Assembly (NCBI GenBank): GCA_021604505.1 | Contig: BQJC01000004.1 | Span: forward strand, 170,278 to 234,277 | Reading direction: 5' to 3' | Origin: Nitrospinaceae bacterium | Lineage (GTDB): Bacteria; Nitrospinota; Nitrospinia; Nitrospinales; VA-1 | Length of the DNA: 64,000 nt | Shown: positions 1 through 8,161 of the stretch, piece by piece | Layout: each line of letters begins with the position of its first letter | How positions within the stretch are numbered: position 1 is the stretch's first letter | The notes under the pieces: generated by a model | What the model was told of the DNA's origin: nothing | Database searches by the model: none | The model's input: only the letters and a program-made list of their open reading frames with translations | Translations under genes and position numbers: made by a program

Positions 1-19
1 TTTTCAACCAGGGGGCGGG

Positions 20-925
20 TCAAAAGGTTCCTCCGGAAGGAATCGCCAGGGAAGTTAAATCTCCAGTCGAATAGTCACCCTCCGTTTTTTCAAGTTGAGA
101 CAACATATTGTACGCAATGTCCAGAGGCACTGGAATCAGCAGAACGCCGATGTAGTAATCGGTGGAATATTCAATGCCGAACACCATGTGGTTTTCAGAG
201 TTGGAAACTTCATCGGAAACTCCGACGCGGGTCACGTGATAATCCTTGCCCAGAAACCACCGCGGCTCGGGAAACACGGTTTTTTGAGTTTTGGGGTCCA
301 GAGTCTGAACGATCGAAACCACCTGATCTCTGGAAAAAATCAGCGCTTCCGTAAACCCCATTTCCTCCAACCGGCCGCGCTTGATCGTGCGGGTCGATTG
401 CACTTCGAACAACGCATCCACAGAAAGAAAAACTTCCCGCAGGGGCACACCTTGAAGATCGAGAAACCCTATGGTGATCCAGGGACCGAACCGCTTCAAG
501 AACACGCGATCCCAGGTTTTTTCAGCATCGATTTGCAATAACTCATAGGACGAAATAATGCGCTCAGACCAGGGGCCGGGAAAGTCGAAATACAATTCTA
601 GAAATTTTTTCCGGGTGACAACCAGGGGAAAGGCGGGTTCCACCTGTTCAAATAACTGCTTAAAGGTTTGAATCGACTCAGCGGAGTTTTCTTGAAGGTC
701 CAGAACCGAACGAATCGATTGTATCTTGGCCTGCGCCACGAGAGCCTGCCGGTCCCGCTCCCAGATGCGGCCCAGTTGTGGCCGCTTATGGTTCTGCCAC
801 TTGAGGTAGTGGCCGATACCGCGCTCAAAAATCTTTCCATAAAACTCCAGGACGCCCACAGCTAAAAAAAGAGAAAGCAGTAGGATTCCCTGCCATTTCC
901 CTGAAACACCGGCGGATTTCACCAA
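20..925 (-). CDS. hypothetical membrane-anchored protein (301 aa)
   Basis: Long ORF with GTG start and one N-terminal hydrophobic helix (WQGILLLSLFLAVGVLEF). No motif I recognise. Lies 49 nt downstream of the HTH gene on the same strand. Confidence 0.55.
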   Translation of the reverse strand: MVKSAGVSGKWQGILLLSLFLAVGVLEFYGKIFERGIGHYLKWQNHKRPQLGRIWERDRQALVAQAKIQSIRSVLDLQENSAESIQTFKQLFEQVEPAFPLVVTRKKFLELYFDFPGPWSERIISSYELLQIDAEKTWDRVFLKRFGPWITIGFLDLQGVPLREVFLSVDALFEVQSTRTIKRGRLEEMGFTEALIFSRDQVVSIVQTLDPKTQKTVFPEPRWFLGKDYHVTRVGVSDEVSNSENHMVFGIEYSTDYYIGVLLIPVPLDIAYNMLSQLEKTEGDYSTGDLTSLAIPSGGTF

Positions 926-974
926 ATTTTATCTCGCAGTAAATTTATGGGCGGAACGGATTTCCTTGGAACGT

Positions 975-1538
975 TTACCGGCCTCTTCGCGCGGTTTTTT
1001 TTGCTGGCCGGGCGGCTTTGGACTTTACCCGTTTGGCCGCTTTTTTGGTCTTGGTGGTTTTTTTAGCGCGGCCCACCTTCTTTTTGCCGGCGGTGGCCCC
1101 AGCTTTTTTTCCTTTTTTGGGGGCTTTGCCGATATTTTCCAAACTGTTTTTCTGAAGCTCCGGGTCCATTTTCCGGAAAATAGAGAGCAGTTTCTTTTCA
1201 GCCGCGTTGACCGTCAAAAGCTCTTGTTTGGATGGCTTTTTCAGGTTGATTTGCCCCGCAGCGAAATTGACCGTCCTGACCTCAGGAGGAGTTGAGTTTT
1301 TCGTCAACGTCTTTACAGGCGATATAAGACTTCTTGCCACTTCCTTGGTCAACAACTGTTCTAAAGACAGATTTCCCAATCTGGAGATTTTGACAAGTAC
1401 CGAAACCGGAGCATCCCGCTCTCCTGCTTCATACCTGACATAGGTTCGAAACCCCACCTTCAGAATATCCGCCATCATGGACTGGGTGCACTTAAGTTCC
1501 TTGCGAATCGTCCTTAGGTTTTTGGCCAATATTGACAT
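975..1538 (-). CDS. XRE-family helix-turn-helix protein with Lys/Ala-rich histone-H1-like C-terminal tail
   Basis: N-terminus LRTIRKELKCTQSMMADILKVGFRTYVRYEAGERDAPVSVLVKISRLGNLSLEQLL is a typical Cro/C1 HTH. The last ~50 aa are KKGKKAGATAGKKKVGRAKKTTKTKKAAKRVKSKAARPAKKTARRGR. Confidence 0.75.
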   Translation of the reverse strand: MSILAKNLRTIRKELKCTQSMMADILKVGFRTYVRYEAGERDAPVSVLVKISRLGNLSLEQLLTKEVARSLISPVKTLTKNSTPPEVRTVNFAAGQINLKKPSKQELLTVNAAEKKLLSIFRKMDPELQKNSLENIGKAPKKGKKAGATAGKKKVGRAKKTTKTKKAAKRVKSKAARPAKKTARRGR

Positions 1539-1692
1539 TCAATCTTCTCCTTCTCCGAAAAATGGTTCTGACATCGCTATTATAAACAAAGCAAACTTTC
1601 TTTATCAAACGGTTATTAGCAAATGGGCAGGTTTTTATACAATACGAACCCGGACAGACCTGTCGATTCCATCGCCGCCCTCTTAGCAGGCA

Positions 1693-2667
1693 TCAGGAAT
1701 TGAGAATTTTTGCCGCCTCCCTGGCGAAGTAGGTCAAAATCATTTGCGCCCCGGCGCGCTTGATGCTCAAGAGAATCTCCAGCATCACCCGTTCTCCATC
1801 CACCCAGTTTTTTTCGGCGGCGGCTTTGACCATGGAGTATTCCCCGCTCACATTATAAGCGGCCACGGGAACCCGCACTTCCTCACGAACCCGGCGAATG
1901 ATATCCAGATAAGACAAAGCCGGCTTGACCATCACCATGTCCGCTCCCTCTTCGATGTCCTGCAGGACCTCACGCAGGCTTTCATCGCTGTTGGCCGGGT
2001 CCATCTGGTAAGAACAGCGGTCGCCAAATTTGGGAGAAGAGTCCGCCGCTTCCCGGAACGGGCCATAAAACCCCGAAGCATACTTCGCGGCATAGGAGAG
2101 AATGATCGTGTCCTGATGACTCGTCTCATCCAGCGCCCCCCGGATCGCCTGCACCCTTCCATCCATCATGTCCGAGGGGGCCACGATATCCGCTCCCGCT
2201 TCGGCATGTGTGTGCGCCATTTTTGCCAGCAACTCCAAAGTCGGGTCGTTTAAAATCTGATTGCCTTCCACTAATCCGCAATGCCCGTGATCGGTGTATT
2301 CATCGATACACACATCGGTGATGACAATCATCTCCGGGAAGGCCGATTTGATTTCCCGCACCGCGCGTTGCACGATTCCATCCGGGTTGTAGGCTTCAGA
2401 ACCGCGAGCATCTTTTTTATCAGGAATGCCAAATAAAATGACCGCGGGAATTCCCAGAGTGTGGCTTTCTTTGACATCCAGGAGCAGATTATCGATCGAG
2501 CAACGGAAGATCCCCGGCATGGAGGAGATTTCCTGCCGAACCCCCTTCCCTTCACACACAAACATGGGGTCGATCAAATCATCCACGGATAGGCGGGTCT
2601 CCTGAACCAACCGTAGAATTCCCTTGCTGGCTCGCAGCCGTCTATATCGATGAATTGGAAAGGACAT
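1693..2667 (-). CDS. hemB: porphobilinogen synthase (delta-aminolevulinate dehydratase)
   Basis: RYRRLRASKGILRLVQET N-terminus, metal site DVCIDEYTDHGHCG, and conserved blocks such as SYAAKYASGFYGPFREA and MVMVKPALSYLDII. I chose the ATG at 2667 (MSFPIHRYRRLR) over the upstream TTG at 2736 because it matches the usual HemB N-terminus. Confidence 0.93.
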   Translation of the reverse strand: MSFPIHRYRRLRASKGILRLVQETRLSVDDLIDPMFVCEGKGVRQEISSMPGIFRCSIDNLLLDVKESHTLGIPAVILFGIPDKKDARGSEAYNPDGIVQRAVREIKSAFPEMIVITDVCIDEYTDHGHCGLVEGNQILNDPTLELLAKMAHTHAEAGADIVAPSDMMDGRVQAIRGALDETSHQDTIILSYAAKYASGFYGPFREAADSSPKFGDRCSYQMDPANSDESLREVLQDIEEGADMVMVKPALSYLDIIRRVREEVRVPVAAYNVSGEYSMVKAAAEKNWVDGERVMLEILLSIKRAGAQMILTYFAREAAKILNS

Positions 2668-2895
2668 AAAAACGAAATGAAAAAAACTTGAATAAGAAAG
2701 ATGAAGCTGATTTTGTTTTAAAAATCTCTGGGGCAAAAATGAAAGACTATCACAGGTTTGCGTCCACCTTCAAATTATTGAATCTCTGGAAACCATAACC
2801 TGCCGCCAGGGAAAAATTTGCCGATTCCCGGTCCCGGAAGACGACTTGAGTTCCGGAAATCAAAACCCAAATACATGACTCTTTTTTTAATCACA

Positions 2896-2913
2896 GTGTT
2901 AAAATTTTGACAC
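2896..2913. promoter_or_regulatory. imperfect 18-bp palindrome, candidate enhancer-binding-protein site (UAS)
   Basis: GTGTTAAAATTTTGACAC (8 of 9 positions per half-site are symmetric), about 120 bp upstream of the -24/-12 element at 3030. Confidence 0.35.
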
Positions 2914-3029
2914 AATTCATTGAAATCTAATGCCAAAAGCACAGACTTTTGACTCCCCTTAAAAACCGCGAAACCTAGAACCCTTTTTACTTTAAAGCCT
3001 TGAAAAGTTGGCAGAACCCTCTCACAGGA

Positions 3030-3045
3030 TGGCACAACTCTTGCT
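3030..3045 (+). promoter_or_regulatory. sigma54 (-24/-12) promoter
   Basis: TGGCAC-aactc-TTGCT is an exact match to the TGGCAC-N5-TTGCW consensus. It lies 75 nt upstream of the ATG at 3120. Confidence 0.75.
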
Positions 3046-3119
3046 CATGATAAAGATTGTATTTCCAAAATCCGATAACAAGGATGAGGTTGATTAATCT
3101 TTTTTAGGAGAAGGCTTTC

Positions 3120-3509
3120 ATGGATCCCTTCGATTCTCACTTGGATAAGGCGTATGAAAAACTGAATAAAGCGATCATGAACGCGATCGTATCCTCAGAG
3201 GATGTCAGAGCGGTTCTGGCAGATTTTAAAGAAAAAGATATGATCAACAACCTTTCCGTTCTGAATTTGATACTCAGCCTGGAAGAACTTTCCGACCTGG
3301 TTTTCACAGACGATGATTCTTTTAGTCTTGAGCCTATGTCAGATGAGTTCGCCCCTCAAGAGGCCAAAAAACCGGAAAAAAACCAAGCGCCCAACCCGTT
3401 CAAGGTCGATGGCAGAAATTTGACCCCCAACGAAATTCTCTTCGAGAGGTATTTTCAAGGAAAATTTGACGCCGAAAAGTGGATGAAAAAAATAGGCATC
3501 AAACTTTAA
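3120..3509 (+). CDS. hypothetical small acidic protein (129 aa)
   Basis: ORF preceded by AGGAGAAGG, 7 nt before the ATG. Asp/Glu-rich centre (LVFTDDDSFSLEPMSDEF). No recognised domain. Confidence 0.6.
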   Translation: MDPFDSHLDKAYEKLNKAIMNAIVSSEDVRAVLADFKEKDMINNLSVLNLILSLEELSDLVFTDDDSFSLEPMSDEFAPQEAKKPEKNQAPNPFKVDGRNLTPNEILFERYFQGKFDAEKWMKKIGIKL

Positions 3510-3540
3510 ACTCAGATTTTATTCCTTCTCAGTTCAAAGC

Positions 3541-3570
3541 AAAATGACAAAGGCCATGCCAGTCATTTTT
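3541..3570. terminator. hairpin with flanking A- and T-tracts between convergent genes (possible bidirectional terminator)
   Basis: AAAATGAC-aaaGGCcatGCCa-GTCATTTTT. A second hairpin, GGGTGGA-N11-TCCACCC, follows at about 3582-3606. Confidence 0.45.
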
Positions 3571-3622
3571 GCATTGAACGAGGGTGGAACTGCATTTCAT
3601 CCACCCCTCCGCCCTGTCCCCG

Positions 3623-3805
3623 TCAGTTCTTAAAAATTTTAGAATCACAGGATATATATTTGATCTGCTTAAGGGGAATCACAATGATCTCCTCCACGGT
3701 GGTGATTTCAAACAATTCCAGGTCGTCACTGAAGCCGTGTTTTTCTGTTTGTTCACATTCCATTTCCTGATTATCGACAAAAACCACCTTCAACCGGTAC
3801 TGCAT
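3623..3805 (-). CDS. small hypothetical protein (60 aa) downstream of the radical SAM gene
   Basis: Strong Shine-Dalgarno AAAGGAGAG 3 nt before the ATG, 44 nt after the radical SAM stop. Acidic, beta-strand-like sequence with 3 Cys. Confidence 0.5.
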   Translation of the reverse strand: MQYRLKVVFVDNQEMECEQTEKHGFSDDLELFEITTVEEIIVIPLKQIKYISCDSKIFKN

Positions 3806-3849
3806 GCGCTCTCCTTTTAACTAATTATCTTTAAGAATATGGGCAGGTC

Positions 3850-5076
3850 TCAATTCGGGGAAGGCATCATTTCAAATTTCTTTGACAGAGGATCACCCAG
3901 ATAATCCTCAACGTAATTTTTCAGATAGCCCTTTTCATACAATTTTTTATTGGACAAATTGGAATTCACTTTATTCAGAACTTTGAAGGTGCAACGGGGA
4001 AACTTGGCCTTGAATTCGTCAAACGTTTCTCCGGCGATGTCCATTTCCTCCTGAGACGATTTTTCCAGTATGACTTTCGGCAAATAAACCCGGGTCTGGC
4101 CCGTCAATCGTTTGGCGACATCGCTGAAGGTGAGAAGGGTCGAGCAGTTGGAATCGCCCCCTAAAGTGTCGTTGGGCACATAAAGGTATCTGGCGCGATT
4201 GGGACGAAACAGGGTCAGAATCTTGTAAACATTCCCGGCCATCACCACGGTGTCCTTTTTTTCCAATTCGCAGGCGTCAAATACCTTCATGATTTTTTTA
4301 CGGTTGAGAAAGGAAGTGATGTCAGACTCTGTATGAAGCATCATGGTATTGGGAAGATTGTGGTCATACGTTTTCCGCGCCTCATCCGGAAGAAATTTCT
4401 TCCCATACCGCATCAGCGCCGTCGTTTCCGGATCGATATACTTCAAAGGCGTGAGGCAACCCATCCACAAAAGCACCTTGGAGTTGACCTTGGAAATCAT
4501 TTTAGCGTCCCGCGACATGGTGTCGGGCCCAAGCGAATAAAAATTGGCGGAGGTCACCGCCGGCCCATCCAGTATTTTAAGGACCTGTTCCGCACTGGGC
4601 CCCTTGGGCATCAGTTTTTTCCGGGCTTCGGTGAGGGTGATCACTGACAGTTCAAAGTTGATCCGGCCGGGATGTTTTTCCGCCAACTTGTTGATCCGTA
4701 CCGGGTCGGCATAACCGACGGTGAACATGATGATATTCTTGTCGGTCTTATCGAGAAACTCCTCGATCCAATCCAGAGCCTTCGGATGCAGGGGCAAATC
4801 CGTCCATTCCATATATTCGTTGCCGCCCAGGACCCAGGATTCATCCTTCTTTGTAGGGTATTTTTGAATTTCGTTGAGAATGAATTCCCAATCTTCTTGC
4901 GTGGTGCGGGGAGTGTCAAAGGTTTTTCGGTAGCTGTGATCTTTCTCGTAGCAAAACGTGCACTTCACCGGGCAGGTTTTTCCAAGGCTCAGTGGAATTT
5001 TCCGATCCTTGATTTCGGCTCTAAAAATGTCATGAAGAAATTCTTTGTCCACTATCCGGTTTCCTTTCCAATGCAA
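3850..5076 (-). CDS. radical SAM protein, uncharacterised subfamily (possibly DUF512-like C-terminus)
   Basis: CxxxCxxC triad CPVKCTFC near the N-terminus (codons about 4951-4974). No C-terminal SPASM-type Cys cluster. The C-terminal GGDSNCSTLLTFSDV loosely resembles the DUF512 motif, from memory only. Confidence 0.7.
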   Translation of the reverse strand: MHWKGNRIVDKEFLHDIFRAEIKDRKIPLSLGKTCPVKCTFCYEKDHSYRKTFDTPRTTQEDWEFILNEIQKYPTKKDESWVLGGNEYMEWTDLPLHPKALDWIEEFLDKTDKNIIMFTVGYADPVRINKLAEKHPGRINFELSVITLTEARKKLMPKGPSAEQVLKILDGPAVTSANFYSLGPDTMSRDAKMISKVNSKVLLWMGCLTPLKYIDPETTALMRYGKKFLPDEARKTYDHNLPNTMMLHTESDITSFLNRKKIMKVFDACELEKKDTVVMAGNVYKILTLFRPNRARYLYVPNDTLGGDSNCSTLLTFSDVAKRLTGQTRVYLPKVILEKSSQEEMDIAGETFDEFKAKFPRCTFKVLNKVNSNLSNKKLYEKGYLKNYVEDYLGDPLSKKFEMMPSPN

Positions 5077-5115
5077 CCAACTCCGGTCGGCTTAAAACGA
5101 AGATAGATACCTGTA

Positions 5116-5445
5116 CTAATCCCAATCCTTGAAAATGGCCATCAACTGATCGTCCACAGGCACTTCCGTTTTCTGATCGTCACTCAATTCCTGGACCAAT
5201 TGCTTGAGATGCACTGCGGCGCACCCCATATAAGCGATGCTTTCCTGCTGCTTTTTAAATCCCCCGGCTTTTAACTTCTTCTCCAGCTCAGGGAGGTGCT
5301 TTTCATCAAACGGATGAATCAACGCTGTTGTTTTGAAGGCATCAACCGCGTCATTGAAATTTTTTTTCTCATGATGTTCCATTCCCACCTTGAGACATTC
5401 CTGAGCCTCCCGGACCTCTTGGACCGTCACCGCGCCTACTTCCAT
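5116..5445 (-). CDS. hypothetical protein (109 aa), first gene of the radical SAM cassette
   Basis: AAGGAG lies upstream of the ATG. Helical-looking sequence with no recognised motif. Ends 39 nt upstream of the radical SAM start. Confidence 0.5.
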   Translation of the reverse strand: MEVGAVTVQEVREAQECLKVGMEHHEKKNFNDAVDAFKTTALIHPFDEKHLPELEKKLKAGGFKKQQESIAYMGCAAVHLKQLVQELSDDQKTEVPVDDQLMAIFKDWD

Positions 5446-5772
5446 AAGCTCTTATATCTCCTTGATCAATAAACAATTATTTACGAAAACGTCCCTTGCC
5501 CGCGCAAGGCAAACGCCACCCACCAGGATAGGGACCGGGGGGGTTCCAGCTATTCTATCACTCCACACGTCAGAATTGTCAAGTAGTTAGAAACGCATTG
5601 TTGAAAAAGGAAGGGAACGGAAAGAAAGGGAAGCTTAGGAAAGCATTTGACTGGAGATTCGATATGCCAGGAAAGGCACTCAAAAGATAGGACGAGGACA
5701 GATTCCCGCCCCGGGACCACAGGCCATTCCGCCTCCCTCTGGAGGCGGGCATCGGTCGATCAAAAAAGCCTG

Positions 5773-5898
5773 TTATTTTTTTTCTTCTACGTTATCCGGC
5801 TTTACCTGCTTGCCATGGGGGAACTTATTTTCCATAGAACACGAGGTAAGGACCGCCATACTAATCATTAAAACTAACAAGAACAAAACCTTTCTCAT
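5773..5898 (-). CDS. small lipoprotein (41 aa)
   Basis: Internal ATG at 5898 preceded by AAGGAGAG. Signal peptide MRKVLFLLVLMISMAVLTSC carries a lipobox (LTSC). Confidence 0.5.
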   Translation of the reverse strand: MRKVLFLLVLMISMAVLTSCSMENKFPHGKQVKPDNVEEKK

Positions 5899-6070
5899 CC
5901 AACTCTCTCCTTTTTGTTTTGACGCGCATGCACTCAAAAAAATCAAAACTCCGAATTTCAGATTAAGCTTTTTATCAATATTTCTCCAATAATTCAATGA
6001 ATTTTTTAATTTTTTTCCTTACAATCTCCATCCGGAAACTCAAATTGCTTTTCCCGAACTCGGAGCTTTA

Positions 6071-6886
6071 ATGCCTGATTCTTCCAGGATGGACGCCGAA
6101 AAAATCAAAAAAAACCTCCATCCACTGCGCCTGGGTTCAAAAATCCTGGTTTTTGATACGCTCGATTCGACCAATGACCAGGCCAGGCGGTCCCTTAAGG
6201 AAGGCGCCCAGGAGGGACTGGTGCTGATCGCCGAATCGCAAACCAAGGGCCGGGGCCGCATGGGGCGCACCTGGGTTTCGCCGCCGCAAACCGGCATCTA
6301 CCTGTCCGTGATTTTAAAACCCCCGATTGAGCCTGAACACCTGCCTCAGTTAACCCTGTTGGCCGGAGTGGCTGTCGTCCAGGCAGTCAATAAATTCACC
6401 CACACAAAGGCCCAGTTGAAGTGGCCCAATGACATCCTGTTAAACGGAAAAAAACTCTCTGGAATCCTATCAGAATACGACGCGGCTCCGAACGGTGAAA
6501 AGGCGGTCATCATAGGCATCGGCGTCAATGCCAACCACTCCCCCGCGGATTTTCCACAAGAATTGCTGCCATTCGCCACCTCCCTCAAGATCGAAACCGG
6601 CCAGGCCATCGACCGCCTGGCCCTGGCCGCCGTCCTCCTTGGCCACCTGGACCGGGAGTACCACGCCTATCTGAAAGACGGGATCCCGGCGATCCTGAAA
6701 AAATGGATGCAACACTCGGACATGTTCGGTGAAAAAATCACCGTCACAAAGGCCGGGTCGGTGATTCACGGGACCGCGACCAAGCTGGATGACAACGGCA
6801 GACTACTGATCCGCACGGCAAACGGAGAGGAATTGGCTCTCGATTCCGGGGAAGTCAGTCTCGGATCAAACTCACCGAAAGCATGA
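6071..6886 (+). CDS. birA: biotin--[acetyl-CoA-carboxylase] ligase (no N-terminal HTH)
   Basis: Signature GRGRMGRTWVSPP and KWPNDILLNGKKLSGIL. At 271 aa there is no room for a repressor domain. Confidence 0.9.
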   Translation: MPDSSRMDAEKIKKNLHPLRLGSKILVFDTLDSTNDQARRSLKEGAQEGLVLIAESQTKGRGRMGRTWVSPPQTGIYLSVILKPPIEPEHLPQLTLLAGVAVVQAVNKFTHTKAQLKWPNDILLNGKKLSGILSEYDAAPNGEKAVIIGIGVNANHSPADFPQELLPFATSLKIETGQAIDRLALAAVLLGHLDREYHAYLKDGIPAILKKWMQHSDMFGEKITVTKAGSVIHGTATKLDDNGRLLIRTANGEELALDSGEVSLGSNSPKA

Positions 6887-6913
6887 GTATTAAATCGAAA
6901 GTGGAGGAATTTT

Positions 6914-7420
6914 CTAAAAAGACCCAAACACCCCAATGCTGAAATGCACATCGGGTCCAGATCGGTAGCGGTCGGTTCCCAGCGGCCAGAGATGATATTC
7001 CTGGGCACGCAAAAGCGGGTACTCGTAGGACGTTTGATCCAGGGACCGGGTTTCTTTGCCCTCCACTTTTCCCACCAGGGTGATTTTCCGTCCCTTGGAA
7101 AAAATCTGCTCGTCCAGAACTTCCTGAGTCCGCACTAAAAAACGCCCGCCCACCTGGTCGTGCATTTCAGGCTCGAGACGATACCCCAGGGGTCTTTGCA
7201 AAATTTCCGCCCAGCCCCCGGAGGGGTCATTGCCCACCCGAATGATGGTTCCGCCAAATAAAACCGATTTTCCGGCATACCGCTCGGTGTTGCGCTGCAA
7301 ATCCCCGAATAAAACATTCTGATCAGACTCATCGATGAGCGATTGCGAAAGAACCGGAGCGCATCCTGAAAAAAATACCAGAAACAACAGCAACAGATTT
7401 TGGCTAAATTGTGCCTTCAT
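6914..7420 (-). CDS. Slp-family outer-membrane lipoprotein
   Basis: Lipobox LVFFSGC. YAGKSVLFGGTIIRV...EILQRPLG...GGRFLV...KITLVGKVEG matches the Slp pattern. The ATG at 7420 (MKAQF) is preferred over the TTG at 7435. Confidence 0.75.
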   Translation of the reverse strand: MKAQFSQNLLLLFLVFFSGCAPVLSQSLIDESDQNVLFGDLQRNTERYAGKSVLFGGTIIRVGNDPSGGWAEILQRPLGYRLEPEMHDQVGGRFLVRTQEVLDEQIFSKGRKITLVGKVEGKETRSLDQTSYEYPLLRAQEYHLWPLGTDRYRSGPDVHFSIGVFGSF

Positions 7421-7428
7421 GAGAAAAG

Positions 7429-7980
7429 TCACCAAAAAAATGGATGCCGGTGATGGTGATGATTGTAAAAAGGATGGTAAAAGGGGTAATAGTAGGAAGG
7501 ATAATAGGGATCATAATAGTAAGGATATTGGTTGTAAAGCTCCGCCAGACGCAGTTCCTCGGCCTCGATCACCGGAAAACGGTATTCCCGGTCGCCGATT
7601 TTTCCCATCTGACTGCCAACCACCCTTCCGGCTCCTATGATTTGCCGCCCCTTGAAATAAATTTCGGATTCCAGGTAACCGGGCCGGAGGAAAATAAAAC
7701 GCCCCAGGGTTGAATCTTTGCCGCTCACATTGCCCGTGGAATCGATTTCTTTTTGCACCACCTCGATCTCACTTTTATCCGGGAAATTACGGGTCTCGAC
7801 AATATCCCCTCCCAGCATCACCTTTTTCCCGACATAATTGTCCGGCGATTCAAACAGGCCGGAGGCGCTGACCAGAGGGTCCAGAGACTCACGCATGCCC
7901 TGGGATATGGGATGAGCGCAACCGAGCAAAGTTAGCAGTATACAACCAGAAACGACTCTAAAAAAAATCCCATTCATCAC
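7429..7980 (-). CDS. Slp-family lipoprotein paralog with Tyr/Pro/His-rich C-terminal tail
   Basis: Lipobox LTLLGC. YVGKKVMLGGDIVETRN...EVVQKEID...LGRFIF...GRQIIGAGRVVG matches the Slp pattern. Tail is YNQYPYYYDPYYPSYYYPFYHPFYNHHHHRHPFFW (nt 7432-7536). Confidence 0.75.
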   Translation of the reverse strand: MMNGIFFRVVSGCILLTLLGCAHPISQGMRESLDPLVSASGLFESPDNYVGKKVMLGGDIVETRNFPDKSEIEVVQKEIDSTGNVSGKDSTLGRFIFLRPGYLESEIYFKGRQIIGAGRVVGSQMGKIGDREYRFPVIEAEELRLAELYNQYPYYYDPYYPSYYYPFYHPFYNHHHHRHPFFW

Positions 7981-8161
7981 AATACCTGAGGTTCAACGAC
8001 CGGATATAATATATAAAAATATACACATTTTTGAGGTTTTCTGCAAAAGTAATTTGGTAAAAAATACCGAATTATTTAATAAAAGAATGGGTTCTTGTTC
8101 CTCCTTTCCATTAACGCTAAAATGATTTTTTAAATGAAGTTCCCTGTTTTTTCTCCGGATA

